The notes under the pieces were generated by a model. It searched no databases. It was not told where the DNA came from and saw nothing but the letters and a program-made list of their open reading frames with translations. This document shows positions 39,501 to 45,974 of a stretch of 64,000 bases of DNA, in pieces. This DNA is from Pyrinomonadaceae bacterium (GTDB lineage: Bacteria > Acidobacteriota > Blastocatellia > Pyrinomonadales > Pyrinomonadaceae). The position numbers and the translations under genes were made by a program. The stretch covers positions 9,966-73,965 of the forward strand of contig JBOGOU010000513.1 in the NCBI GenBank assembly GCA_050748205.1, read 5' to 3'. The stretch's first letter is position 1; the number at the start of each line of letters is the position of its first letter.

Positions 39501-39524
39501 GTCAAGATCAGCGTAGTGGACTAG
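33522..39524 (+). CDS. Alpha-2-macroglobulin family protein with a thioester motif (about 2000 aa)
   Basis: The signal peptide is MKTIFSIALLAFFCLLTAFA (ATG 33534 is an alternative start to GTG 33522). A long run of MG-like beta-rich sequence follows. The motif DYPYGCTEQTM and then a helical thioester-domain-like region (GGWGWW, ALRAL) are present. Confidence 0.85.
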   Translation: MHTIMKTIFSIALLAFFCLLTAFAQSDFSQLKREAEQFYVTGSYARAHELYSRIEKTRLLAADARWVDFRLADTKWRSQAATETSDSTKFDQAQKELEELIRATDKETERDLVWVQAHESLGDFFWTRRNQMNWGAAWSHYQPALDWWAGQRDIDVARDRYLAIVFKAAEPPRPHEYYFYTYYGNHIPLDILENALKVSQNDKDKAHLRYLIAMSMRISGGDWEARQRISDEFEAALAQGKRTEWYDDALFHYAEWVNNNGTVRQTDEGQWQQEPDYRKALQLYRRLTSEFAKGETRYWDQARDQIRNITQPTLSVGVSNIFLPDSELQFVLNARNLERIGFALYRVDLTRDVRFTRNPEEDEGEGEDGNANWIKTFSVAGREPVKSWSQNLNNKGDHQPITKELRIDSKLPPGAYLLEARSGASSARDLVLVSDASLVLKTSARQALVYFCNALTGAPIPNASVALWQSYYIQDKWHWRKLKLTTNRDGLAVFNLKSSSGYHNLFAAASINERQAFSGGYSYANNPDTQPWRIYAFTDRPAYRPKETVRWKFIARRFAGGVYSTPANQVVEYQITDPRGTRINEGKATLNSFGSAWGSLELTEQLPLGEYNIQFWDQGRNTGIGSAKLFRLEEYKLPEFKVSVKTPEENGKKRSFRLGEKVSVDVQADYYFGGAVTNASVEVVVYQNPFFHYWYPHRDYPWYYEDIERQRGYYYGQGPVIKRETLKTDETGKATLTFDTPRENYNQDFEYRIEARVTDSSRREIVSSDNVRVTRQRYYVYARPKQNIYRPQDKVTVEVKALDANEQPVTTEGSVKITRDHWYEIWLDPTGREVKGEELRLLREKGTFPPLVKRPVAGQRPWRLKFRGYQHDEISTTTLKTDADGTAELTFTPEREGYYRLEWQSSQKSTKRDRFLPNIKAEAYVFVATNTTTDLGYRHDGVEIIVDKDTFRAGQMAPIMLSVPTNDRYVLFSVEGEDLYSYQLVHVTGTAKLIEMPIEEKHVPNIFLNAAMVSDTQIFVDAKQVVVPPTEQFLSVDVKADREQYQPREEGTLSIKTRDAHGKPVSTEVALGLIDESVNYIQQDYAGDPRQFYYGTKRGQLVQTQSTFQQKSYARLVQGGKGQLIDYRNLNQLEDNEREGKGIGYGYGYGPGRGGNIGGADAPYAGEFGARVMSETVSIDGVSNRPAKDLALLRPGVAGKAELRPLGTRQEPPNALEPAVQVRTDFRSTVLWQPDVKTDGNGDATVNVKYPDSLTTWQATARVASAGNQFGIGTASTRTKQPLIVRLEAPRFFVVGDQVTVSGVINNNTDLPMIVSPSLSTEGLTVTGHVVNGQPLKGEQAPIEVKANGETRVDWHVSVTHASEAKLKVQALAKEYTDAMEKTFVVYEHGIEKFIARSGKMRGDSVSIKLDIPAERRADSTTVTVQVAPSMATTMLDALPYLIDYPYGCTEQTMSRFLPAAITAKTLRDLGLKPETAMNKIFGGVEQSSAAATHPKGKHDLRELDEITAKSLERLYNFQHSDGGWGWWKDGDSDHFMTAYVVWGMTLAREAGIQVRADVLSRAANYLDRELVEEENNYDGQAWMLHALSISHASLKQAEVSKFQAKAFDNLWLSRDKLNAYTRALLALAAHNLGYSDKSRTLVVNLENGAKIDSQPDTSIVQNGAASSDPSVISTAHWGEDGLYWRWSDGSVEATSFALRALLAVDPKNKLVEPVTNWLIKNRRGAQWSNTRDTAIVVLTLNDYLRASGEIQTELSYDLLANGNLITSKQINADDALGAPTKFDVPREVLRDGANEITIRRKSGSGPIYFSAQGKFFSLEEPLKAAGNEIFVRRQYYRLVSHPTLLKGHVSERVLLQDGETVKSGDRIESVITVEAKNNYEYLLFEDLKPAGLEAVQIRSGENLYVKELKSGSLRGKNSALVNYGIASDFTGRTRWVYQELRDRKVALFIDHLPEGVWQVTYEMRAESPGSFHALPVLGHAMYVPEIRTNGQEVKISVVD
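37866..37877 (+). other. CTEQ thioester motif codons inside the A2M gene
   Basis: TGT ACC GAA CAA, in frame with 33522. Confidence 0.75.
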
Positions 39525-39648
39525 GCATTTTCATTTTCCATTTGACATTTTTCATTTGTCATTGTTGGAGGAGGGGCCGTCACTCAGGCCCTTCCCTTCA
39601 ACAACGACGAATGTGCAATTATGTGCAATGACAAATGAAAAATGATGG
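39525..39648. repeat. Heptad-zipper element built from CATTTKN heptads
   Basis: The left arm is 39525-39568 and the right arm 39599-39648. The perfect 19-bp core is 39546-39564 (catttttcatttgtcattg) against 39626-39644. The ATG at 39635 lies inside the right arm. Confidence 0.88.
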
Positions 39649-40063
39649 CACACTCTATCGTCTGGGAATAGCTATTGTTGCGCTTAACTTTCTCATTAAC
39701 GTGGTGCACTCAGCGGCGCACTCAGCTTTGCACATCTTTCTGCCAGCTCTTTGGCAAAACGCGTACATCCTCTTAGTGATAGTCGCGCTGCCTATCGTGT
39801 CAGGTATTCTCCTCTGGCGGCGTGCGCGTGGCGGATTCTTCCTTTTGTTACTGTCAATGATGGGGTCGCTGATTTTTGGCGCCTATTACCACTTCATCGC
39901 TCCCGGACCAGACAATGTCGGCTCGTTGGGTCAGCATTCATGGGCGTTTCCTTTTCAGGTTTCTGCTGCACTCCTCGCCGTGACGGAAGCGGCGGGCTCA
40001 GCTGTCGGACTCATTGGTCTTAAAGCAGAGTTGCGGCGATCGCCTAAGACACCTGCATCGTGA
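39635..40063 (+). CDS. Small hypothetical membrane protein (about 4 TM, His-rich first helix)
   Basis: 142 aa with hydrophobic segments GIAIVALNFLINVVHSAAHSALHIF, AYILLVIVALPIVSGILLW, FFLLLLSMMGSLIFGAYY and FQVSAALLAVTEAAGSAVGLIGL. I recognise no family. Confidence 0.55.
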   Translation: MKNDGTLYRLGIAIVALNFLINVVHSAAHSALHIFLPALWQNAYILLVIVALPIVSGILLWRRARGGFFLLLLSMMGSLIFGAYYHFIAPGPDNVGSLGQHSWAFPFQVSAALLAVTEAAGSAVGLIGLKAELRRSPKTPAS

Positions 40064-40064
40064 G

Positions 40065-40216
40065 CGGTCTTGGTTTTGGGGTTTTTGGTCTTGGATCTTT
40101 GGTCTTTGTGCTTTGATCTTTGATCTAGCTTTGAAGTTGAACCTGTAGCTTCAGAATACAAAGTTCAAAGCTCAAAGGACAAAGTTCAAAGACCCAAAAC
40201 CAAAGGCCAAAGACCG
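40065..40216. repeat. Heptad-zipper element built from CTTTGNN / NNCAAAG heptads
   Basis: The left arm is 40065-40143 (..ctttggtctttgtgctttgatctttgatc..). The right arm is 40154-40216 (acaaagttcaaagctcaaaggacaaagttcaaagacccaaaaccaaaggccaaagaccg). The outer ends are cggtctt.. and ..aagaccg. Confidence 0.88.
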
Positions 40217-40293
40217 TTTTGCCTTAGAACATTTCTCGCCTTGCTGCGTATACTCTTCCCACGTTTGATCCTGTTCGGAACTGGAGACACTTA

Positions 40294-42000
40294 ATGCAAT
40301 TCCTTTCTCGTAATTATTTCCGACGCGCCGGATTATTGTCGGCGTTGCTGGCACTTTCGCTCGCCTCAACTTCTTCTCTTGCATGGCAGAGCGGGGCCGT
40401 GGCTACTGGAACTGCGACCAAGAAAGTTGCGGCGCCGCTCACCGACGTTGAGCGAAAAGCATCAGCGCGCATCAAGCTCGAAACAATTCGCGAAGTCACC
40501 ACAACGCTCTCGTCGCCAGAGTTTGAAGGACGTGGAACTGCTCAACCTGGCGCCGACAAGGCCGCGCGGTACCTGGCTGACCGTTTTGCCAGGCTCGGAC
40601 TCAAGCCGGCAGGGGAGAATGGCACTTACTTGCAAGCGATCAAGTTCAAGTCCGCTCAAGTGCTGCCAGAATCCACGTTCAAGGTTGGCGATGCGGATCT
40701 CAAACACGGTGAAGACTACGTTCTGCTGCCGCCTTACACTTCGGAGCAGATGGATGTGAGCGGCGGCACAATCTTCGCGGGCTATGGCGTTGTCTCGTCG
40801 GAGCTGAAACGTGACGATCTGGCCGGTCTCGATCTTAAAGACAAGCTGGTGGTCATTGTCAGCGGGCAACCAGCGGGCGTAGACGGCGGCGCCTGGCGTC
40901 GAGCAACCAACCCGCAGGCGAGAGCCATGAACATCTTTGGTCGCGGTGCGCTTGCCATGATTGTCGCCAACGCCGGCACGCCGGCCCAGCCTTTCTCAAC
41001 CATCGTCAATTATCTTTCGCGACGGCGGGTGACTGTCGCCTCTGGACCGGCAATGCCTTTTAAGATTCCGCCGGTACTGTTGGCTAGCAATGCAGCGCTG
41101 GAAAAAATCTTCTCCGGGTCGCCCATGACTTACGCACAAACCCTGGAGAAGATGAAGACGGGTGAGTCGGTTTCTCGCGACCTCGCTAAGCCGGCAAACC
41201 TCACGTTACGCATCAAGCTCGAGGAAGCTCCTAGCAGCAATGTTGCCGCTGTGCTCGAAGGCTCTGACCCGAAACTGAAAGAAGAGGCTGTGGTTTTTAC
41301 AGCGCATTACGATGCCTATGGAATCGACGGAAGCCGCATCTACCCCGGGGCCGCGGACAACGCGCTCGGCACAGCTACGATCACGGCAATCGCCGAAGCC
41401 TTCACAAAGGCCTTTCCAAAACCGTCATCCCGCCCGCGTCGCTCGATTATCTTTCTGGCCGTCACGGGTGAAGAGTATGGACTGCTGGGCGCCGAGCATT
41501 GGGTGCAACATCCGACATGGCCCCTGGAAAAGGTCGCCGCGGATATTAATTTCGACGGTATCGGCACAGAGGTTTATGCGCCTGTGAAACGCGTCGTGGG
41601 TTTTGGGGCCGAGCATTCCGAGCTTGGCACGATCTTCGAAGAAGTCTCGGGGGCCACGGGAAATATCGTCACGGCCGACCCGCTACCGGAGGAAAACGCG
41701 TTCGTACGTTCGGACCATTATTCGTTTGTGAAGAAAGGCGTACCTGCCTTGATGCTGATGGGTGGTCCGGAAGGTGACCCGTCGATCTGGATTCCGCGAA
41801 TGAAGAAATGGCTGGAGACTGACTATCACTCGCCTAGCGATACGGTTAAGCCTGATTGGAACTGGAGCGGGCCGCAGACTCTCGCGCAACTCGGCTTGAT
41901 TATCGGCCTGCGCGTGGCGAATGCCGATGCCATGCCTGCCTGGCGACAATCGTCACCTTTTAACAAACCAAGGAGTCAGCCCCGAGCGTCGGCACCGTAG
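40294..42000 (+). CDS. M28-family aminopeptidase (secreted)
   Basis: It has a signal peptide. The metal-ligand blocks are FTAHYDAYG, PGAADNALG, VTGEEYGLLG, NFDGIG and SDHYSF. GGAGA SD 5 nt upstream. Confidence 0.85.
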   Translation: MQFLSRNYFRRAGLLSALLALSLASTSSLAWQSGAVATGTATKKVAAPLTDVERKASARIKLETIREVTTTLSSPEFEGRGTAQPGADKAARYLADRFARLGLKPAGENGTYLQAIKFKSAQVLPESTFKVGDADLKHGEDYVLLPPYTSEQMDVSGGTIFAGYGVVSSELKRDDLAGLDLKDKLVVIVSGQPAGVDGGAWRRATNPQARAMNIFGRGALAMIVANAGTPAQPFSTIVNYLSRRRVTVASGPAMPFKIPPVLLASNAALEKIFSGSPMTYAQTLEKMKTGESVSRDLAKPANLTLRIKLEEAPSSNVAAVLEGSDPKLKEEAVVFTAHYDAYGIDGSRIYPGAADNALGTATITAIAEAFTKAFPKPSSRPRRSIIFLAVTGEEYGLLGAEHWVQHPTWPLEKVAADINFDGIGTEVYAPVKRVVGFGAEHSELGTIFEEVSGATGNIVTADPLPEENAFVRSDHYSFVKKGVPALMLMGGPEGDPSIWIPRMKKWLETDYHSPSDTVKPDWNWSGPQTLAQLGLIIGLRVANADAMPAWRQSSPFNKPRSQPRASAP

Positions 42001-42003
42001 CTA

Positions 42004-42087
42004 AGATCTTTGAGATCTGAGATCTCAGATCTCAGATCTCAGATCTCAGATCTCAATACGATTCACCATTTACCATTCACCATTTAC
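42004..42087. repeat. Self-complementary AGATCT heptad array plus a TYACCAT heptad array
   Basis: (GAGATCT)2(CAGATCT)4 spans 42012-42054, with a perfect 22-bp palindrome at 42012-42033. tcaccatttaccattcaccatttac spans 42063-42087 and overlaps the stop at 42084. Confidence 0.9.
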
Positions 42088-42782
42088 TCCTCCAGCAGCC
42101 GTTCCACGAGGTGATCAACGTGGATGCGAGTGGTATCGAGGAGGCGCACTCCGTTGTGCTCCTCATCGCGAAGAAGCAGCGGAAGCTCCGTACCGCCGAG
42201 GATCAGGGCTTCGATACCGTCGCGGGCTTTTAGTTCATCGGCTATCTCCAGCATTCGCGCGCGAGTTTCGGGCCGAAAAATGTTGTTGAGCAACTCACCC
42301 ATGTACCGCTCGTGAATGTATGTTTGCTCGTCCTCATTGGGAATCACGAGCTTTATGTCCGTGCGTGAGAAAACCTCGGGGTAAAAACGCGCTCTCATCG
42401 TGAACCGCGTCCCAAAGAGGCCGACTGTTTTAAAACCCAGAGCCTGGACCCGCTCACAAGCGGTTTCGACGATACTGATCAGCGGCAGCTTTACGCGCCG
42501 TTGGATTTCGTTAAAGACAATGTGTGGCGTGTTAGAAGCGAGGGCCGCAAAATCCGCCCCGGCACTTTGGAGCCGCCCAATTTCATCAACCAGATAGTCA
42601 GTTATCCTCCCCAGCTCGTTGGCAGTAATCCAAGCGATCAGACGCTGCAAGTCGACGCTGTTGATGATGATTGAAGGATAAGGGCCGCCACCAGTTCGCG
42701 CGCGATAGCCGGCAACGAGTAAGCGGTAATACTCAATCGTAGACTCTGGGCCAATGCCTCCGATAAGACCGAGTGTTTTCAT
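42084..42782 (-). CDS. Asp/Glu/hydantoin-racemase-fold protein lacking both canonical catalytic Cys
   Basis: I moved the start to ATG 42782 (MKTLGLIGGIGPESTIEYY). The family blocks are present, but ALASNTPH replaces ..CNTAH and ILGGTELP replaces ..GCTE.. . Confidence 0.75.
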   Translation of the reverse strand: MKTLGLIGGIGPESTIEYYRLLVAGYRARTGGGPYPSIIINSVDLQRLIAWITANELGRITDYLVDEIGRLQSAGADFAALASNTPHIVFNEIQRRVKLPLISIVETACERVQALGFKTVGLFGTRFTMRARFYPEVFSRTDIKLVIPNEDEQTYIHERYMGELLNNIFRPETRARMLEIADELKARDGIEALILGGTELPLLLRDEEHNGVRLLDTTRIHVDHLVERLLEE

Positions 42783-42786
42783 GGTT

Positions 42787-44979
42787 TCACTGCCCCACTT
42801 CATACTCCGGCTTCGCGACACCCAGCAACCACTTATCAAACCACCCGACGATGTGTTGCAAGCGTTCAATGCGGTGCCAGGGTTGGCCGGATCGTGACAA
42901 CTCGTGCGACTCGTTGGGAAAGCGCACCATTACTGTCGGGATCTTTCGATACTTCAGCGCACGAAACATTTGTTCGCCGCCCGCGCCTGTCGGTGTGCGC
43001 CAGTCCGCCTCGCCGAGAATCAACATCAAGGGCGTTGTCACCTTGTCGATATACGTGATGCCCGAACGCTTCTTGAAGTCCTCCGGATCCTCGAAAGGCG
43101 CTCCTTTGAACCAGTAGGGTTGAAATTGAGTGAAGTCTGCGGTGTACCACCAGTCGGCCCAATCTGAGATGTCACGCTGGGAAACAGCAGCAGCAAAGCG
43201 TTGGGTATGCCCGATGGCCCAGTTGGTAAGGACTCCTCCGCCACTGCCGCCTGTTATTCCGAGTTTCTTTTCGTCGATATAGCCGCGCCGTATCAGTTCG
43301 TCCACGCCGGCCATCAAGTCTTTGTGGTCGTCGCCAGGGTAGTTGTATTGAATGATGTTTCCAAACTCCTGACCGTAGGTCGTGCTACCGCGCGGGTTCG
43401 GATAGAGCACGACATAACCCTTCGCCGCCATCCACTGAAACTCGTGATCAAAAATAAAGCCGTACGCTGCATGGGGCCCGCCATGAATGTTCAGGATGAG
43501 CGGGTATTTCTTGTTCGCATCGAAGTCGGGTGGTTTCTGCACCCAGGCCTGAATGCGCTTGCCGTCGAAACTCTGGTACCAGATCTCTTCCGGGTCGGTA
43601 AGGTTGAGCCGCGAGAATAATGCTTCATTGAACCGAGTCAACTGCTTCGGCTGACCGCCACTCTCCAGCCAAAACAAATCGCCGATGCGCGTTGGCGTGG
43701 ACAGTATGTAAACAAACTTCGCACCGTCCGGCGTCGCGCGAACTGAGCTCACCGAATTGTTGCCACGAGTGAGATCCGTAAGTCGACCATCCGAGGAATC
43801 AAAAGCCGCGAGGTTTGCCCTTCCCTCCTTGGCATAAGTGACGATGATTGAGCGCCCATCCGCTGTCCAGACAGGCGAACCGCCGCCGCCGCCGCGAGGT
43901 GAACTGTTGTCTCCTGTAAGGCCGGCGCCGACGTCATTGTCGAGCCCCGCCGTGAGGTTGCGCGGCTTGGCATTGGTGGTGATGTCCATCACCCAAAGAT
44001 CGGGCTGCGAGTAAGACTTCACCGGCTGGCTCACAGATGCGAGAAAAGCGAATTGTTTTCCGTCGGGACTAACTGAGAAGCCGCCTGCGTCCATGTCAAA
44101 CGAGGTCAGCTTGGTGGGTTGGCCGCCGGCCACAGCAATGGAAAAGATGGTGGTCTTTGGTAGTTCGAAGTAAGGCTCGTCCATCTGATCAGACGTGAAA
44201 TAGAGGCGCGAGCTGTCCCTGGCCCAGGTAACGCTGTCTTCCGGAAAGCGGCCGCTGGTTAGTTGTCGCGGTGTCACCTTATCCGCAGCTGTGAGCGGAG
44301 CCGCAACTAACCAGATGTGTTGCGGGCGCTTTGGATCGAGATAGCCGGGGCCGTTGAAGCGATAAACAGCGCGGGTGATCACGCGCACGTCGCTCTCGCG
44401 TTTGTCGTCTGGGCCCTTAGTAGTGGCCGGGCTCGGATTTGGAGAAGCTGTGGCTTGCGGCGGCGTGCCAGGCGAGGGGTTCGGCTGGGTTTCTTTATCT
44501 TTCGCCAAGTCCTCCGCATTTGCGTTGTTGACAAAGGCAATCGTCTTGCCATCGGGCGACCATTGCGGCTGACCAGCTCCGCGCGGAACACGCGTGACCT
44601 GGAACGAATCGCCGCCAGCCAGAGACAACATGAAGAGTTGCGGCAGGTCCGGTCGTCCGTCCTTCTCCGTCACGCGAACAAAGACCAGGAACTTGCCATC
44701 GGGCGACCAGCGCGGCGAAGAATCGCGCGTGCCTGCCGTCAGTTGATTTGCATCCCCACTAGCTGGAGAGACGGTCCAGATAGACGTGTTGTAGCCATCT
44801 TTCTTTTCGTTCACGGTCACTCGGACAAAAGCGACGCGCGCGCCGTCGGGCGAGATTTGCGGATCAGCAACCCAGACAAAATCAAACAAGTCTCTTTCAG
44901 TGATGCTTCGCTTTTGAGCCAAAGCCGGGCTCACAACGAGCGCTATAGTGATCAAGACAAGCGAGAAACGAGAGCGCAT
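42787..44979 (-). CDS. S9 prolyl-oligopeptidase-family serine peptidase with an N-terminal TolB-like beta-propeller
   Basis: Signal peptide MRSRFSLVLITIALVVSPALA. Repeated SP.WSPDGK propeller motifs. The nucleophile block is GITGGSGGG, with Asp in GEADWRTP and His in NESHEL. Confidence 0.88.
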   Translation of the reverse strand: MRSRFSLVLITIALVVSPALAQKRSITERDLFDFVWVADPQISPDGARVAFVRVTVNEKKDGYNTSIWTVSPASGDANQLTAGTRDSSPRWSPDGKFLVFVRVTEKDGRPDLPQLFMLSLAGGDSFQVTRVPRGAGQPQWSPDGKTIAFVNNANAEDLAKDKETQPNPSPGTPPQATASPNPSPATTKGPDDKRESDVRVITRAVYRFNGPGYLDPKRPQHIWLVAAPLTAADKVTPRQLTSGRFPEDSVTWARDSSRLYFTSDQMDEPYFELPKTTIFSIAVAGGQPTKLTSFDMDAGGFSVSPDGKQFAFLASVSQPVKSYSQPDLWVMDITTNAKPRNLTAGLDNDVGAGLTGDNSSPRGGGGGSPVWTADGRSIIVTYAKEGRANLAAFDSSDGRLTDLTRGNNSVSSVRATPDGAKFVYILSTPTRIGDLFWLESGGQPKQLTRFNEALFSRLNLTDPEEIWYQSFDGKRIQAWVQKPPDFDANKKYPLILNIHGGPHAAYGFIFDHEFQWMAAKGYVVLYPNPRGSTTYGQEFGNIIQYNYPGDDHKDLMAGVDELIRRGYIDEKKLGITGGSGGGVLTNWAIGHTQRFAAAVSQRDISDWADWWYTADFTQFQPYWFKGAPFEDPEDFKKRSGITYIDKVTTPLMLILGEADWRTPTGAGGEQMFRALKYRKIPTVMVRFPNESHELSRSGQPWHRIERLQHIVGWFDKWLLGVAKPEYEVGQ

Positions 44980-45023
44980 AGGGTTTCCTTTCGGCGTGCA
45001 GCGGCAAAGATGGCGGCATTAGG

Positions 45024-45226
45024 CCGGGGCAGTAGCCCGACTGTCAAGGAGGGCTCACTCCGGGGCAGTAGCCCCCGGGGCTCACGCCGGGGCAGTAGCC
45101 CGACTGTCAAGGAGGGCTCACTCAAATAGCGAGTGTGACTCGAGCATTGTTGTTCGCGGATCTTGAGGAGCCCTCCTTGACAGTCGGGCTACTGCCCCGG
45201 ACTACTGCCCCGGACTACTGCCCCGG
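45024..45226. repeat. REP cluster upstream of the RAYT
   Basis: Forward units ccggggcagtagcccgactgtcaaggagggctcactc at 45024-45060 and 45086-45123, with a truncated unit at 45061-85. An inverted unit lies at 45156-45200. Two extra actactgccccgg tails lie at 45201-45226. Confidence 0.9.
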
Positions 45227-45245
45227 TGCTCAGATAAAAGATGAG

Positions 45246-45274
45246 TTGAGGAGCCGCGCGCGCCATGCTACAAT
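45246..45274 (+). promoter_or_regulatory. Candidate sigma70-type promoter for the RAYT gene
   Basis: TTGAGG (45246-51), a 17-nt spacer, then TACAAT (45269-74) preceded by TGc (an extended -10). It lies about 30 nt upstream of ATG 45305. The Acidobacterial promoter consensus is not known to me. Confidence 0.35.
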
Positions 45275-45304
45275 CCCGCAACTTGATAGACGCCTCACTT
45301 GTCT

Positions 45305-45824
45305 ATGGTACGAGACTTCGACGACAACGAATTCCCGCTCGCTTACCTCATTTCCTTTCGATGTTACGGTACTTGGCTGCATGGCGACCAACGCGGTTCA
45401 GTGAATCGCAAACATAACCGTTACGGCACTCCTCGTCTTCCATCTAATCCTAATCTTGTTAAAGCTGAGGAGAAGTTACTCAAACATCCACCAGTTAGAA
45501 TTTACCAAAGAGTGGCGAGGCGTTATAGAGGACGCGATTCGGGAAGTCTGCGTTCATCGAGGGTATTCATTGCTCGCATTTAACATTCGCACCAATCACG
45601 TCCACACAGTCGTTTCTGCGGCGCTAAAACCTGAACCCATTCTGCAGGCTTTTCAGGCTTATGCAACGAGAGCGCTTAGGCGCAAGGGCTTGTTAGCTCC
45701 CACTGTCAAACCGTGGTCGCGGCACGGTAGCACTCGTTATTTATGGAAGGAACGGCACGTTGAGAAGGCAATTGACTATGTACTCTACGGGCAGGGCGAC
45801 GACTTACCAACGTTTGATGATTGA
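45305..45824 (+). pseudogene. REP-associated tyrosine transposase (RAYT; IS200/IS605-like Y1 HUH family) with an apparent 1-nt frameshift
   Basis: The first frame gives MVRDFDDNEFPLAYLISFRCYGTWLHGDQRGSV...KLLKHPPV up to about 45496. The second frame gives EFTKEWRGVIEDAIREVCVHRGYSLLAFNIRTNHVHTVVSA...GSTRYLW...AIDYVLYGQG from about 45498. An HVH (HUH) motif is present. This could also be a sequencing error. Confidence 0.7.
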
Positions 45825-45962
45825 GGGCAGTAGCCTGGTGCGGCAGACTCGGAGCAGTAGCCCGGGGCGGTAGCCCGACTGTTAAGGAGGGCTCCTCAAG
45901 ATCCGCAGCAGAGTGGGTCGCTACTTGAGGAGCCCTCCTTAACAGTCGGGCTACGGCCCCGG
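45825..45962. repeat. REP cluster downstream of the RAYT (hairpin pair)
   Basis: A forward unit at 45862-45900 and an inverted unit at 45924-45962 (cttgaggagccctccttaacagtcgggctacggccccgg) are separated by a 23-nt loop. Partial gcagtagcc units lie at 45825-45865. The cluster sits between the convergent RAYT and GH92 stops. Confidence 0.9.
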
Positions 45963-45974
45963 TCTACTGTGCCT

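Larger units (their letters stand above)
45156..45906 (+). mobile_element. RAYT gene bracketed by 45-bp inverted REP-containing repeats
   Basis: 45156-45200 (gcggatcttgaggagccctccttgacagtcgggctactgccccgg) is the reverse complement of 45862-45906 with 2 mismatches in 45. Confidence 0.8.

Noticed and set aside
39571-39594. An 8-bp GC-rich hairpin after the A2M stop, as a possible intrinsic terminator.
   Set aside because: The stem (gaggggcc/ggcccttc) is not followed by a U-tract, and it lies inside the loop of the larger heptad zipper. I did not call it a terminator.
44317-45129. A 270-aa plus-strand ORF.
   Set aside because: It is antisense to the S9 peptidase gene, and its C-terminus merely translates REP units (SSPTVKEGSL repeated).
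45135-45404. An 89-aa plus-strand ORF overlapping the REP cluster and the RAYT start.
   Set aside because: It translates REP sequence (EEPSLTVGLLPRTTAPDY) and is out of frame with the recognisable RAYT N-terminus.
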